Assembly: GCA_043826355.1 (NCBI GenBank)
Contig: JBDRQI010000004.1
Span: 64,001-128,000, forward strand
Direction: 5' to 3'
Length of the DNA stretch: 64,000 nt
Source: Candidatus Omnitrophota bacterium
Lineage (GTDB): Bacteria; Ratteibacteria; UBA8468; MWAK01
The notes under the pieces: generated by a model
Databases searched by the model: none
The model's input: only the letters and a program-made list of their open reading frames with translations
What the model was told of the DNA's origin: nothing
Program-made: the position numbers and the translations under genes
Part shown: positions 39,973-49,041 of the stretch, piece by piece
Numbering within the stretch: the first letter of the stretch is position 1
How the letters are laid out: the number at the start of each line of letters is the position of its first letter

Positions 39973-40149
39973 TGTCATTCTGAGCCGATCTTACGAAGAA
40001 TCCCGCAGTTAGCGGTTGAGATCCTTCGCTGCGCTCAGGATGACAGCGTATTAATGGCTCAGGATGACAGTGTTGCGCTCAGGATGACAGTGTTGCGCTC
40101 AGGATGACAGTGTTACGCTCAGGATGACAGTGTTACGCTCAGGATGACA
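39973..40149. repeat. GTCAT-type element with tandem-amplified right arm
   Basis: CTCAGGATGACA at 40034, 40058, 40078, 40098, 40118 and 40138 (20-bp period). Confidence 0.92.
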
Positions 40150-40200
40150 CAAGGCGCAAAGCTTTGCACCGGTATTGTATCGGATTCCAGATGTACAAAT

Positions 40201-40229
40201 TTGACATTGCTTAAAATATAAGGTAACAT
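40201..40229 (+). promoter_or_regulatory. Sigma70-type promoter for the radical SAM/ketosynthase operon
   Basis: TTGACA-N17-TAACAT, flanked by TGTACA boxes at 40192, 40233 and 40265. Confidence 0.65.
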
Positions 40230-40290
40230 TTTTGTACAGGCTGTAATGCGTATCTAAACAAAATTGTACAAAAACTTAACATGAATTGAT

Positions 40291-41916
40291 ATGAAAATTT
40301 TACTTATTTCGGTGGCCGGATGTCCCAGAACCCCTTCCGATTTCATACCGGACAATGGTCTGGCTTTATTGGCTTCCTTGTTTATTTCTCAAGGCCACCA
40401 GGTGAAAATTCTTGATTACAATACTACGGAAACCCTGAAACGTTCTTTTCCGGAAAATATCAGCACCCGCCTGAAAAAAATCGCCGGACCTATTTTTCAG
40501 GGCAGTAAGCCCGGACTTTTGACACTGCTGCGCCTTTCTTTTTTAGAGAAAAAGTTGCGGGCACACCAAATCAGGGTTTTTTACGAAATCGGCTCTGAGA
40601 TTGCCGATCTGACGGAAAGAGAGAAAGTTGATTTCGTGGGGTTAAAACTTTGGAACGGGGATGGGTTTACCGCTTCGCTGATTATCGCCGATGTTTTAAA
40701 AAAGAGAAATCCGAAGATACTGGTTTTTGGCGGAGGTCCCCAGGTGGATTTTTTCCGGGAGAATATTTACCGGGCAACTTCTGATTTTGATGCCCTGGTT
40801 TACGGGGAAGGCGAGCACGCCATCCTGGGTTTAGTTGATTTCGTTCAAGGCAAGAAAGGTTTGCGGGAGATTCCCAACCTGATTTTTCGTGATTCCGGCC
40901 GGATAGTAACCACGCCCCAAAAATGGACGGAAGACCTGAACCAATTGCCTTTTGCCAATTACGACCCGTCTGTTTATCCGGCTATGAAGGATAACGGACG
41001 TCTGAAGTTTATCGTGCTTGACGAAAGCCGGGGGTGTTCTTTTTCCTGTTATTTTTGCATTCATCCCGTGAAGAGCGGCCGGCCGAGAGTCAAGAGCGTT
41101 GAGCGGATAATTGCGGAAATAACGCATTATCAGGAGAAATACGGCGTTTCTCTCTTCCGTTACGGCGGTTCCAATACGCCTCCGAAATTATTGGAGGAGG
41201 TGGCCCGGTCCATAATTCAGAACAATCTTAAGATTAAATATACCGTTCTGACCGATTTACGCCAGGAGGGGATTGATTTTTCGCTGCTTAAAGATTCCGG
41301 TTGTTTCGCTGTCTTTTTCGGAGTGGAATCCACCGACCCGGGGATTTTGGCGAAAGCGATAAACAAGAAGGCCTTTCCGGAGCGGATGGAAAATATCCTG
41401 AAGGAAGCGAAAACGGCCGGAATTTTTATTGTCGTCAGTCTGATTGTGCCGGCTCCCGGCGAAACCGAAGAGACGAAAAAGAAGACCCTGGAGTTTTTGT
41501 TGAGGACCAGGCCGGATTCAGTCCTGGTTCAATTTCCCGGTATTCTTCCCGGAACCGAATGGTTTAAAAATCCGGAAAAATATGGTTTTTCAATTAAAAA
41601 CAAGAAGGCCTATCCCGATAAGGTAATGAACTATAAGATGCGTCTTTTTTTCCCGCCCCGCTTCTGGGACCCGCTTCCTTATCGGGTAGATGGTAAAAAA
41701 TTCCGTTCTTTTGTCCGGGAAACGGAATTATTTTTGAAAAAATTGGAATCGGTTGGGCTGACAACCGGAATAGCCGATGATATTGCTTTAATGTCAAAAT
41801 ACAGCCATCTTTCTCCGAAGGAATTCCGCGACCTGAATCGCGGTTACTTTTTTACCGGGGATGCCCTTAACCTGCAGGAATTAATCGTAAAAATCAATGG
41901 CGGAAAGAATTACTGA
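40291..41916 (+). CDS. Cobalamin-binding radical SAM protein
   Basis: B12-binding-like N-terminus ('GLALLAS', 'FGGGPQ', 'GEGE'), 'SRGCSFSCYFC' (CxxxCxxC), 'FGVES' and 'PGET'. Confidence 0.88.
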   Translation: MKILLISVAGCPRTPSDFIPDNGLALLASLFISQGHQVKILDYNTTETLKRSFPENISTRLKKIAGPIFQGSKPGLLTLLRLSFLEKKLRAHQIRVFYEIGSEIADLTEREKVDFVGLKLWNGDGFTASLIIADVLKKRNPKILVFGGGPQVDFFRENIYRATSDFDALVYGEGEHAILGLVDFVQGKKGLREIPNLIFRDSGRIVTTPQKWTEDLNQLPFANYDPSVYPAMKDNGRLKFIVLDESRGCSFSCYFCIHPVKSGRPRVKSVERIIAEITHYQEKYGVSLFRYGGSNTPPKLLEEVARSIIQNNLKIKYTVLTDLRQEGIDFSLLKDSGCFAVFFGVESTDPGILAKAINKKAFPERMENILKEAKTAGIFIVVSLIVPAPGETEETKKKTLEFLLRTRPDSVLVQFPGILPGTEWFKNPEKYGFSIKNKKAYPDKVMNYKMRLFFPPRFWDPLPYRVDGKKFRSFVRETELFLKKLESVGLTTGIADDIALMSKYSHLSPKEFRDLNRGYFFTGDALNLQELIVKINGGKNY

Positions 41917-43138
41917 AGAGAAGAAACGGGTGGTCATTACCGGGATAGGAGTTATTTCTCCCAACGGTATCGGTAAAGAGGTGTTCTGGGAAGCGCTGAG
42001 AACCGGTAAGTCCGGCATCAAAAAAATCACTTCTTTCGACGCTTCAAGTTTTCCCTGCCAGATAGCCGGGGAGGTGACTGGCCGTCTTCCGCTTGATTTT
42101 ATGGAGAAAAAAGCGGTCAGGAGAATGGCCCGGTCCAGCCAGTTCGCAGTAGCTGCAACTCAGATGGCTATGGTCGATGCCGGTTTTAATTCAATAATTC
42201 CCGAGCCGATTCGCTCTTCCGTAACTTTGGGGATAAGCAGCAGCGCGATCGATGTTATCGAGAAAGATTTTGCAATTTTTTTGAAGAAAGGACATTTGGC
42301 GATTAGTCCCTACGGAATCCTGGCTGTTTCTCCTCACGCCGCAGTTAGCGAAATTGTTAAATTGCTAAACCATCCCGGTTCCGGCGAAACGCTTGGCAAT
42401 GATTGCACAGCTGGTCTCGACGCTATTGGACTTACCTACCTGAGAATCAGGTCCGGGGAAATTTCACTCGGCATCTGCGGCGGCGTTGATGCGCCGATCA
42501 GCCCTTTGCTGTGGGGATGGTTTTGTCAGGGAGGTCTGGTGCCTCCGGTAGCGGATAACCCGGAGGGTGCCAGCCGGCCTTTTGATTTGAAGCGAACGGT
42601 GGGCATAATTTCGGAAGGAGCCGCAGTTTTTATTCTGGAAGAGATGGCGCAGGCGCTGTACCGGCGCGCCGCTATTTACGGTGAAATCATTGGTTTCGGA
42701 AATAACAGCGAGAATTGCCTGGATGAAGGATTGAGGAAATCCATGGAAAAGGCAATTCTTCAGGCGCTTATTTCTTTTTCCGAGATAGATTATATTTCCG
42801 CACACGGTCCTTCTCATTGCCTGATTGATAAGATAGAGACGGATGCCATCAAAAAACTTTTCGGTCAAGAGGCCTACCGGATACCGGTCAGTTCCATCAA
42901 ATCAATGATTGGCAATCCTTTGGCGGCCGGCGGACCGCTCCAGGTGGCCGCTCTTCCGCTCAGTTTTCAGAAAGGCCTTATTCCGCCGACCATAAACTAC
43001 CGGTATCCGGACCCGGCCTGCGACCTTGATTATATTCCGAACAAACCGCGTTATAATGAAGTTAAGGTGGCTTTGGTTAATTCTCATGGGATTGGAGGGG
43101 GTAATTCCTCTCTGCTGATAAAAAAATGTCGTATTTGA
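41897..43138 (+). CDS. Atypical FabF-like beta-ketoacyl synthase (Cys-His-Asn)
   Basis: 'RVVITGIG', 'NDCTAG', 'SRPFD', 'EGAA', 'SAHG', 'KSMIGNP' (canonical KSMxGH) and 'NSHGIGG.N' (canonical NSFGFGG.N). Confidence 0.88.
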   Translation: MAERITEEKKRVVITGIGVISPNGIGKEVFWEALRTGKSGIKKITSFDASSFPCQIAGEVTGRLPLDFMEKKAVRRMARSSQFAVAATQMAMVDAGFNSIIPEPIRSSVTLGISSSAIDVIEKDFAIFLKKGHLAISPYGILAVSPHAAVSEIVKLLNHPGSGETLGNDCTAGLDAIGLTYLRIRSGEISLGICGGVDAPISPLLWGWFCQGGLVPPVADNPEGASRPFDLKRTVGIISEGAAVFILEEMAQALYRRAAIYGEIIGFGNNSENCLDEGLRKSMEKAILQALISFSEIDYISAHGPSHCLIDKIETDAIKKLFGQEAYRIPVSSIKSMIGNPLAAGGPLQVAALPLSFQKGLIPPTINYRYPDPACDLDYIPNKPRYNEVKVALVNSHGIGGGNSSLLIKKCRI

Positions 43139-45261
43139 TGAAATTGTTTTTCCTGGTAAACATACTGGCCGCGGTCACTTCCACCGGAATCGGCCTGTTT
43201 GTTTTTTTAAGGAAAAAAAATACCAAGAACCGACTTTATTTAATATTTAATTTAAACTTAGCCGGCTGGGCAATAGCGATGTTGCTTGGTCTCCAACAGG
43301 CCGGCATAAGTATCGAAAAATTCCCCTTCTGGGTTAGGGTGGCAACCGCAATCGCCGTATTCATACCCGCGGTCTTCTATCATTTTGTCGCAACTTTCAG
43401 GGAAGATGTTCATGAGAAGAAGGCAAGATTTCTGTTTTATTATTTAATCAGCGGTCTCCTTGTCTGCCTGGCTTTTACCCCGTCTTTTATCAAGAGTTAC
43501 TTTTTTCATGTGCCGGAACAGAAACTTCGTTTTGCTTCCCCGCTGGTCGTTTACGGAAATTCTTTCGTTTTTGTCTCCATTTATGTTTTAGGTTTATTGA
43601 TAATCTCCCTGGTCAGTCTTTTGCGGACACGAAAAAGGAACAGCGGTTTTAAGAGGTTGGAAATAGATTATGTTTTTGGCACGGTTGCGCTCGGAACGGC
43701 TTTTGTGTGCTTAACTTCGCTTGTTTCGCCCTATATCGGAATTGTCCGGTTTACTCCGTTAGCGCCGTTTTCAGCCGTGCTCATGAGCGGCATTATCGCA
43801 TACGGCATTGCCCGCCATCGGATTCTGGAAGTTTCTTTTGTTTTAAAGCGGACAACGATGTATGCTATTCTGACCGTTTTTCTGGTTTTAATTTACGGCG
43901 TTGTCGTTTTCATGCTGAATTTACTATTTCAAGGGAGGGTTGTACCCGTCAACCTGTTTATTCCCAACATGATTGCCGCCATTGCCATTGCTTTTATTTT
44001 TTCTCCCGTTAAAGAAAAGATCCAGGTCTATCTGGACAAGTTTTTTTTCCGGAGACGGCATCAGCCGGAAAAGGTGTTGAGCGAACTGAGCGAAATCCTG
44101 AGTTCCCGCGAGGATATTTCACGTTTGTTGCGGCTATCCCTGGAAAGGATTGCGCCGGCTTTAAAAGTAAAAAACGTCCTGATAGCCCTGCGCGGAAACA
44201 AAGAGGCGGATAATTTTTTCATCGGCGCCATGGTGGGACACGGATTCAGAAAAAATCAACTTATTCTGGATTTAAATAAAGAAAGCGCTTTTGTAAAGGA
44301 ATTAGCCCGGGGAGATGTTTTGATTCGCGATGAACTGGAGCGAATGTCTTTTGATTCGGGCCGGGACCATGCGGTTGCTTTGCTGAAAGCCATGCCGGCG
44401 GAAATGTCTGTTCCGCTCATGCTCAAGAATGAACTGGTCGGTTTTTTAATTATGTCCCAGAAGGAAAACCGAAAAATCTTCTCCAAGCATGATTTGGAAT
44501 TTCTGCGTACCATTTCCGGCCAGCTGGCCATGGTTATCAATAACGCGGAACTTTTTTCCCAGTTGCAGCGGGCGGAGCGGCTGGCGGCCGCCGGGATAAT
44601 CGCCGCCGGGATGGCCCATGAAATCCGGAACCCGCTGGTTTCCATCAAGACCTTCGTCCAGTTGCTTCCGGAAAAGTTCAATGATCCGGAGTTTCGGCAG
44701 ACGTTTACGCAGATTGCTTCCCAGGAAGTTGACCGGATAAACCGCCTCCTGGAAGACCTTTTGAATTTTGCCCGGCCGGCACAGATGCAAAAAAAGAAAA
44801 CCAATCTTTCCGAAACAATTGAAAAGAGTCTTTTCATGCTTACCAATGAATTGGCCGCCCGGGAGATTACCGTGGAGAAGGAATATCCCGCGGAAGATAT
44901 TTTCGTTGAAGGCGACGAAGCCCAGCTTCAGCGGGTATTTTCCAACTTGTTTCTCAACAGCATTCAGGCGATGGAGAACGGGGGCAGGTTGACGGTTACA
45001 GCCAGCACTTCTCCTTACAAGCAGCGGTTTTTTATCAAGATAATTGATACGGGCAAGGGTGTTCCTTCAGAAAACCTTGCCCGGATATTTGACCCATTTT
45101 TCAGTACCCGGACCGGCGGAACCGGGCTGGGGCTTGCCATTGCCCATAATATCGTGAAGGAACACGGCGGTGAAATTGAGGTGCAGAGCGTTCCGAACAA
45201 CGGAACCGCCTTTACGCTGGAATTTCCCGCCGCGTATCTGTCTGCCCTGGAGGAAAAATGA
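43126..45261 (+). CDS. Multi-TM (HisKA_7TM/PrsK-like) GAF sensor histidine kinase
   Basis: About 9 hydrophobic segments, GAF, H-box 'MAHEIRNPL', N-box 'NLFLNSIQAM', 'DTGKG', 'FDPFFST' and 'GTGLGL'. Confidence 0.9.
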   Translation: MSYLMKLFFLVNILAAVTSTGIGLFVFLRKKNTKNRLYLIFNLNLAGWAIAMLLGLQQAGISIEKFPFWVRVATAIAVFIPAVFYHFVATFREDVHEKKARFLFYYLISGLLVCLAFTPSFIKSYFFHVPEQKLRFASPLVVYGNSFVFVSIYVLGLLIISLVSLLRTRKRNSGFKRLEIDYVFGTVALGTAFVCLTSLVSPYIGIVRFTPLAPFSAVLMSGIIAYGIARHRILEVSFVLKRTTMYAILTVFLVLIYGVVVFMLNLLFQGRVVPVNLFIPNMIAAIAIAFIFSPVKEKIQVYLDKFFFRRRHQPEKVLSELSEILSSREDISRLLRLSLERIAPALKVKNVLIALRGNKEADNFFIGAMVGHGFRKNQLILDLNKESAFVKELARGDVLIRDELERMSFDSGRDHAVALLKAMPAEMSVPLMLKNELVGFLIMSQKENRKIFSKHDLEFLRTISGQLAMVINNAELFSQLQRAERLAAAGIIAAGMAHEIRNPLVSIKTFVQLLPEKFNDPEFRQTFTQIASQEVDRINRLLEDLLNFARPAQMQKKKTNLSETIEKSLFMLTNELAAREITVEKEYPAEDIFVEGDEAQLQRVFSNLFLNSIQAMENGGRLTVTASTSPYKQRFFIKIIDTGKGVPSENLARIFDPFFSTRTGGTGLGLAIAHNIVKEHGGEIEVQSVPNNGTAFTLEFPAAYLSALEEK

Positions 45262-47243
45262 TTCTATCCGCAATCATTTCCGATAGTCCGGCGCTCAAAG
45301 AAGAACTATCACTCCTTTTCAAGGATTCTCTCACCTTTTTGGATATCGGCAAAGGTCTGTTTTTTGGATCGGAATTACACCAGCCGTTCAGCATTCTTTT
45401 TCTGGATGTCCCCCTGAAGGAAAACGACCCGTTTGCGATTTTACGTCAGGTCCGCAAGTATCAGCCGGGGTTGCCGGTGGTGGTTCTTCTGCCCGGTTCC
45501 GCTTCTTTGGCGGGAACCGAGGCCTTGCAGCAGGGCGCCTATGATATGCTGAATAAGCCGATTGACCGGGAAAGGCTTAAAATTATCGTTTCCCACGCCT
45601 TGGAAAAAGAATTCCTGGCCCGGGAAAAGGAGTATCTGGAAAAACAGTTTTTAAAGATGGTTGAAAGACGCCCGGCGCCGGTTATTTTGGAACAGGGCCG
45701 GGATTTTTACGCCGGGGCGCTGCGTCGCATTTCGGAAACATTGCTGAATATTTTTAAGGAAAATGATTTCGCGGAATTGCTGGTAAAAACCATCGGAGAG
45801 GTGTTTGGCCTTTCCCGTATCGCCCTGTTTTTGCTGGAGAAAGGAGAGTACCGGGTTCGCGCTTCTTTCGGTTGGGATAATTCCTGGGCCGGACAGGTCT
45901 CCTTTTCCGTTTCCGATGGTTTGGCTGCCTGGCTGGAAAAGGAACAGAAGATTCTCCGTTACGAAAAAATTGTGGACCTTGACCCTGCAAAATCGGGAAG
46001 CCGGTTGCAGAACGACCTGGAACTGGCCGGCGCCAAAATCTGCGTTCCGGTCTTTTTTCGCGGAAAGGTGAGTGGTTTCCTCTCCCTGGGAAATAAAATT
46101 TCCGGACGAGATTTCAGCGAGGAAGACATAGACTTTTTTTCATTTCTGGCGAATTACTTGGGACTGGTCATTGATAACGCCTCCCTTTACCACCAGGCGT
46201 TTCTTAAGCAGAAGGAACAGGAGATGATTTTGGAGCATCTGACCGCCGGGGTGATTGCCGTTAACCCGGAGGGCCGGATTACTTCCTGCAACCGGAAGGC
46301 GGCGGAGATACTGGCTGTTGCTCCGGAGGAGATGCAAGGCGCCGGCATCCAGAAAGCCGGTTCGCAGTTGGCCGACTTTATCTGGCGGGCCTTAAGGAAT
46401 AGTGAACTTGTTCAAAACGAAAGGATCGTTTATCCGGCGACCAAAAAGCCGCTTAGGGTTAGCACCAACCTAATCAGGGACGAGGCTGAGGCGACGGCCG
46501 GGGCCGTGCTCATCTTTTCCGATGCCACCTTCCTGGAGGAGATGGAGCAAAAGGTCGGTTACCTGGAACGGTTGAACTTCTGGTACCAGTTGGCCGGCAG
46601 TATGGCGCACCAGATAAAGAATCCGCTGGTGGCGATTAAGACCTTTGTCCAGTTGCTTCCCGAAAAATACCAGGACCGGGAATTCCGGGAAAATTTTTTC
46701 CGAATTGTTTCCGAAGAAGTAGAGCGCTTAAACCGGATAGCTTCCGACCTGTTTGAATTCGCGGAACCGGTCGAAATGCGCATCGTTCCGGTACCGTTGA
46801 AAAAGGTTCTTGAATCTTCCATTGAAAAATTCCTCCGGGAATCCGGGCGCCGGATTGAACTGGTAAAAGAGTGTCCGGATAATCTGGTGGCTGACATTGA
46901 CCGCCAGAGCATTGAAAAAGCGTTTGACTGCATCCTGACAAATTCCGGAGAGGCGACCGAAGGTACCGGCCGGATAGATATCAAGGCCGAACCGGTGATA
47001 GAAAATGGCCGTTCATTCATCAGGGTGGATTTCAAGGACAACGGCGCCGGAATTATGCCGGAAAACCTGCCGGAGGTCTTTTCGCCTTTTTACACGACCA
47101 AAACGAAAGGCATGGGTTTGGGGCTGCCGATTGCTCAGAGAATTATTGAAGACCACGGCGGAAAGATCCGGCTGGAAAGCGTTCCCGGAAAGGGAACGGT
47201 CTGCCGGGTTTTCCTCCCGGTAAAGAAAGGTGATGAGCGATGA
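45258..47243 (+). CDS. Cytoplasmic REC(atypical)-GAF-PAS histidine kinase
   Basis: Degenerate receiver ('FLDVP', 'GAYDMLNKP'), GAF, PAS, 'MAHQIKNPL', 'DNGAG' and 'GMGLGL'. ATGA overlaps on both sides. Confidence 0.88.
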   Translation: MILSAIISDSPALKEELSLLFKDSLTFLDIGKGLFFGSELHQPFSILFLDVPLKENDPFAILRQVRKYQPGLPVVVLLPGSASLAGTEALQQGAYDMLNKPIDRERLKIIVSHALEKEFLAREKEYLEKQFLKMVERRPAPVILEQGRDFYAGALRRISETLLNIFKENDFAELLVKTIGEVFGLSRIALFLLEKGEYRVRASFGWDNSWAGQVSFSVSDGLAAWLEKEQKILRYEKIVDLDPAKSGSRLQNDLELAGAKICVPVFFRGKVSGFLSLGNKISGRDFSEEDIDFFSFLANYLGLVIDNASLYHQAFLKQKEQEMILEHLTAGVIAVNPEGRITSCNRKAAEILAVAPEEMQGAGIQKAGSQLADFIWRALRNSELVQNERIVYPATKKPLRVSTNLIRDEAEATAGAVLIFSDATFLEEMEQKVGYLERLNFWYQLAGSMAHQIKNPLVAIKTFVQLLPEKYQDREFRENFFRIVSEEVERLNRIASDLFEFAEPVEMRIVPVPLKKVLESSIEKFLRESGRRIELVKECPDNLVADIDRQSIEKAFDCILTNSGEATEGTGRIDIKAEPVIENGRSFIRVDFKDNGAGIMPENLPEVFSPFYTTKTKGMGLGLPIAQRIIEDHGGKIRLESVPGKGTVCRVFLPVKKGDER

Positions 47244-48601
47244 AGAAAATTCTGATTGTTGACGACGAGAAGAATGTTTGCGAAGCGCTGCGGATGCTCC
47301 TGAAGGATGATTATCAAATCAGCGTGGCGTCCAGCGGTCGGGAAGGGCTTAAGTTATTGGAAGAAGACCCCCGGTTGGTTATTCTGGATGTTGTAATGCC
47401 GGATATGGACGGCTTGGCGGTTCTGCGGAAGATTCGTCAGTTCAATCCGGAGCTGCCGGTAATTATGCTCAGCGCGGTTGACCGGGTAAAGACCGTGGTG
47501 GAAGCGATGCGGCTGGGCGCGGTTGACTATATCGCTAAGCCGTTTGAAAGCGAGGAGTTGAAACTGGTAATCCGCAAGATGCTTGATTACAGCCGGCTGC
47601 AGGAAGAAGTGGCCTATCTGCAGACGATAAGTCGGGATTACCGGGAAGCGGAATTTGTGGGCCGGGGCCCTGCGGCGCAAAAAGTTCTCCAGGAGGTGGC
47701 CCGGGTTGCCCGGACTCCTTCCAGCGTCCTGATTACCGGAGAGAGCGGAACCGGCAAGGAAGTAGTTGCAAAGTTAATTCACTATCACAGTTCCAGCGCG
47801 GACAAACCCTTTATCGCCGTACACTGCGCCGCCCTGCCGGAAAACCTTTTTGAAAGCGAACTCTTCGGTTACGAAAAAGGGGCTTTTACCGACGCCCTGG
47901 AAAAGAAGGCCGGGATGTTTGACCTGGCCAAAGACGGAACAATTTTTCTGGATGAAATCGGGGAGATGCTTCCGGCGACCCAGGTAAAACTTTTGCGCGT
48001 GCTTCAGGAGCGGGAATTTCTGCGGCTGGGCGGCACAAAATTAATTAAAACAGAGGCGCGGGTTCTGGCGGCAACCTCGAAGGACCTGGAGTCCGAGATT
48101 GAAAAAGGCGGTTTTCGCCAGGACCTCTATTACCGGCTTAATGTGGTGACGATTGCCATTCCGCCCTTGCGGGAACGTCCGGAGGATGTTCCGCTTCTGG
48201 TGGACCATTTCTTCGCCAAATTCCAAAAAACGCTTCACGTAACGGTAAAATCCATTTCAGAAGAGGCGAAAAATATCTTTCGGGACTACGGCTGGCCGGG
48301 TAACGTGAGAGAACTGAAGAATGTTATTGAAAGAATCCTGGTCCTGCACGGTGACGTCAGGACCATTCAGCCGGAACATCTTGCAGAGTCGTTTCGGAAA
48401 AGGGAGCCTGCTTCTCCGGCATTTCCGTTTCCGGCGTCCGGGAACGTATCACTGGAAGACGCAGTCAATAGATACGAAACGGTCTTAATCAAGCAGGCCC
48501 TGGAACAGGCCGGCGGAGTTGTCAGTCAGGCGGCGAAAATACTGAAAACCACCCGGCGGATTCTTTCCTACCGGATGAAGAAATTAAACCTGCTTCCTTG
48601 A
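47240..48601 (+). CDS. Sigma54-dependent NtrC-family response regulator
   Basis: Receiver, 'GESGTGKE', 'ESELFGYEKGAFTDA', 'FLDEIGE', 'DLYYRL', 'WPGNVREL' and a Fis-type HTH. Confidence 0.95.
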   Translation: MKKILIVDDEKNVCEALRMLLKDDYQISVASSGREGLKLLEEDPRLVILDVVMPDMDGLAVLRKIRQFNPELPVIMLSAVDRVKTVVEAMRLGAVDYIAKPFESEELKLVIRKMLDYSRLQEEVAYLQTISRDYREAEFVGRGPAAQKVLQEVARVARTPSSVLITGESGTGKEVVAKLIHYHSSSADKPFIAVHCAALPENLFESELFGYEKGAFTDALEKKAGMFDLAKDGTIFLDEIGEMLPATQVKLLRVLQEREFLRLGGTKLIKTEARVLAATSKDLESEIEKGGFRQDLYYRLNVVTIAIPPLRERPEDVPLLVDHFFAKFQKTLHVTVKSISEEAKNIFRDYGWPGNVRELKNVIERILVLHGDVRTIQPEHLAESFRKREPASPAFPFPASGNVSLEDAVNRYETVLIKQALEQAGGVVSQAAKILKTTRRILSYRMKKLNLLP

Positions 48602-48621
48602 TAATACGCAAAACTTCTTGT

Positions 48622-49041
48622 TGTCATTCTGAGTGAAACGAAGAATCTGGCACACTTTGTGTCATCCTGAGCCATTAACAATCTGTCATCCTGAGCCGTA
48701 GTTGCGAAGGATCTATCCTCATGCCTCGTCAATATTTTGTTTATATTCTGACAAATAAAAACAACAAAGTTCTGTACACGGGCGTAACGAACGATTTATC
48801 ACGAAGAGTGTGGGAACATAAGGAAAAGTTAGTAGATGGATTTAGCAAAAAATATAATTTGACAAAATTGGTTTACTGCGAAGAAACAGACAAGATAGAA
48901 GACGCGATAGCACGCGAAAAACAGATAAAAGGTTGGCTCAGAAAAAAGAAAAATATTTTAATAGAATCGATCAATCCTGGCTGGAAAGACCTTTTGGAAG
49001 AACCAAAACGAGATTCTTCGCAAAAACGGCTCAGAATGACA
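48622..49041 (+). mobile_element. GTCAT-type palindromic element carrying a GIY-YIG gene (candidate autonomous copy)
   Basis: Left arms 48622-48714 end 6 nt before the ATG. Right arm CGAGATTCTTCG..CTCAGAATGACA at 49009-49041. Confidence 0.65.

Noticed and set aside
40034..40149. CRISPR array
   Set aside because: The repeat is only 12 bp with near-identical 8-bp linkers, it derives from the palindrome arm, and no cas genes are present.
40145..40190. c-di-GMP-I riboswitch (GCGCAAAGC resemblance)
   Set aside because: The GGCAAAC/GAAA P1 elements and proper stem layout are missing.
41897..43138. Housekeeping fabF or a type II PKS cluster
   Set aside because: Catalytic motifs are altered, and there is no ACP, chain-length factor or other fab gene nearby.
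43126..48601. PrsK/PrsR PEP-CTERM regulatory system
   Set aside because: The architecture is similar, but no exosortase, PEP-CTERM protein or EPS genes are in the window.
48647..48663. Sigma54 promoter TGGCACACTTTGTGT before the GIY-YIG gene
   Set aside because: The -12 position is GT, not GC, and the segment is a repeat linker similar to 34508-34525.
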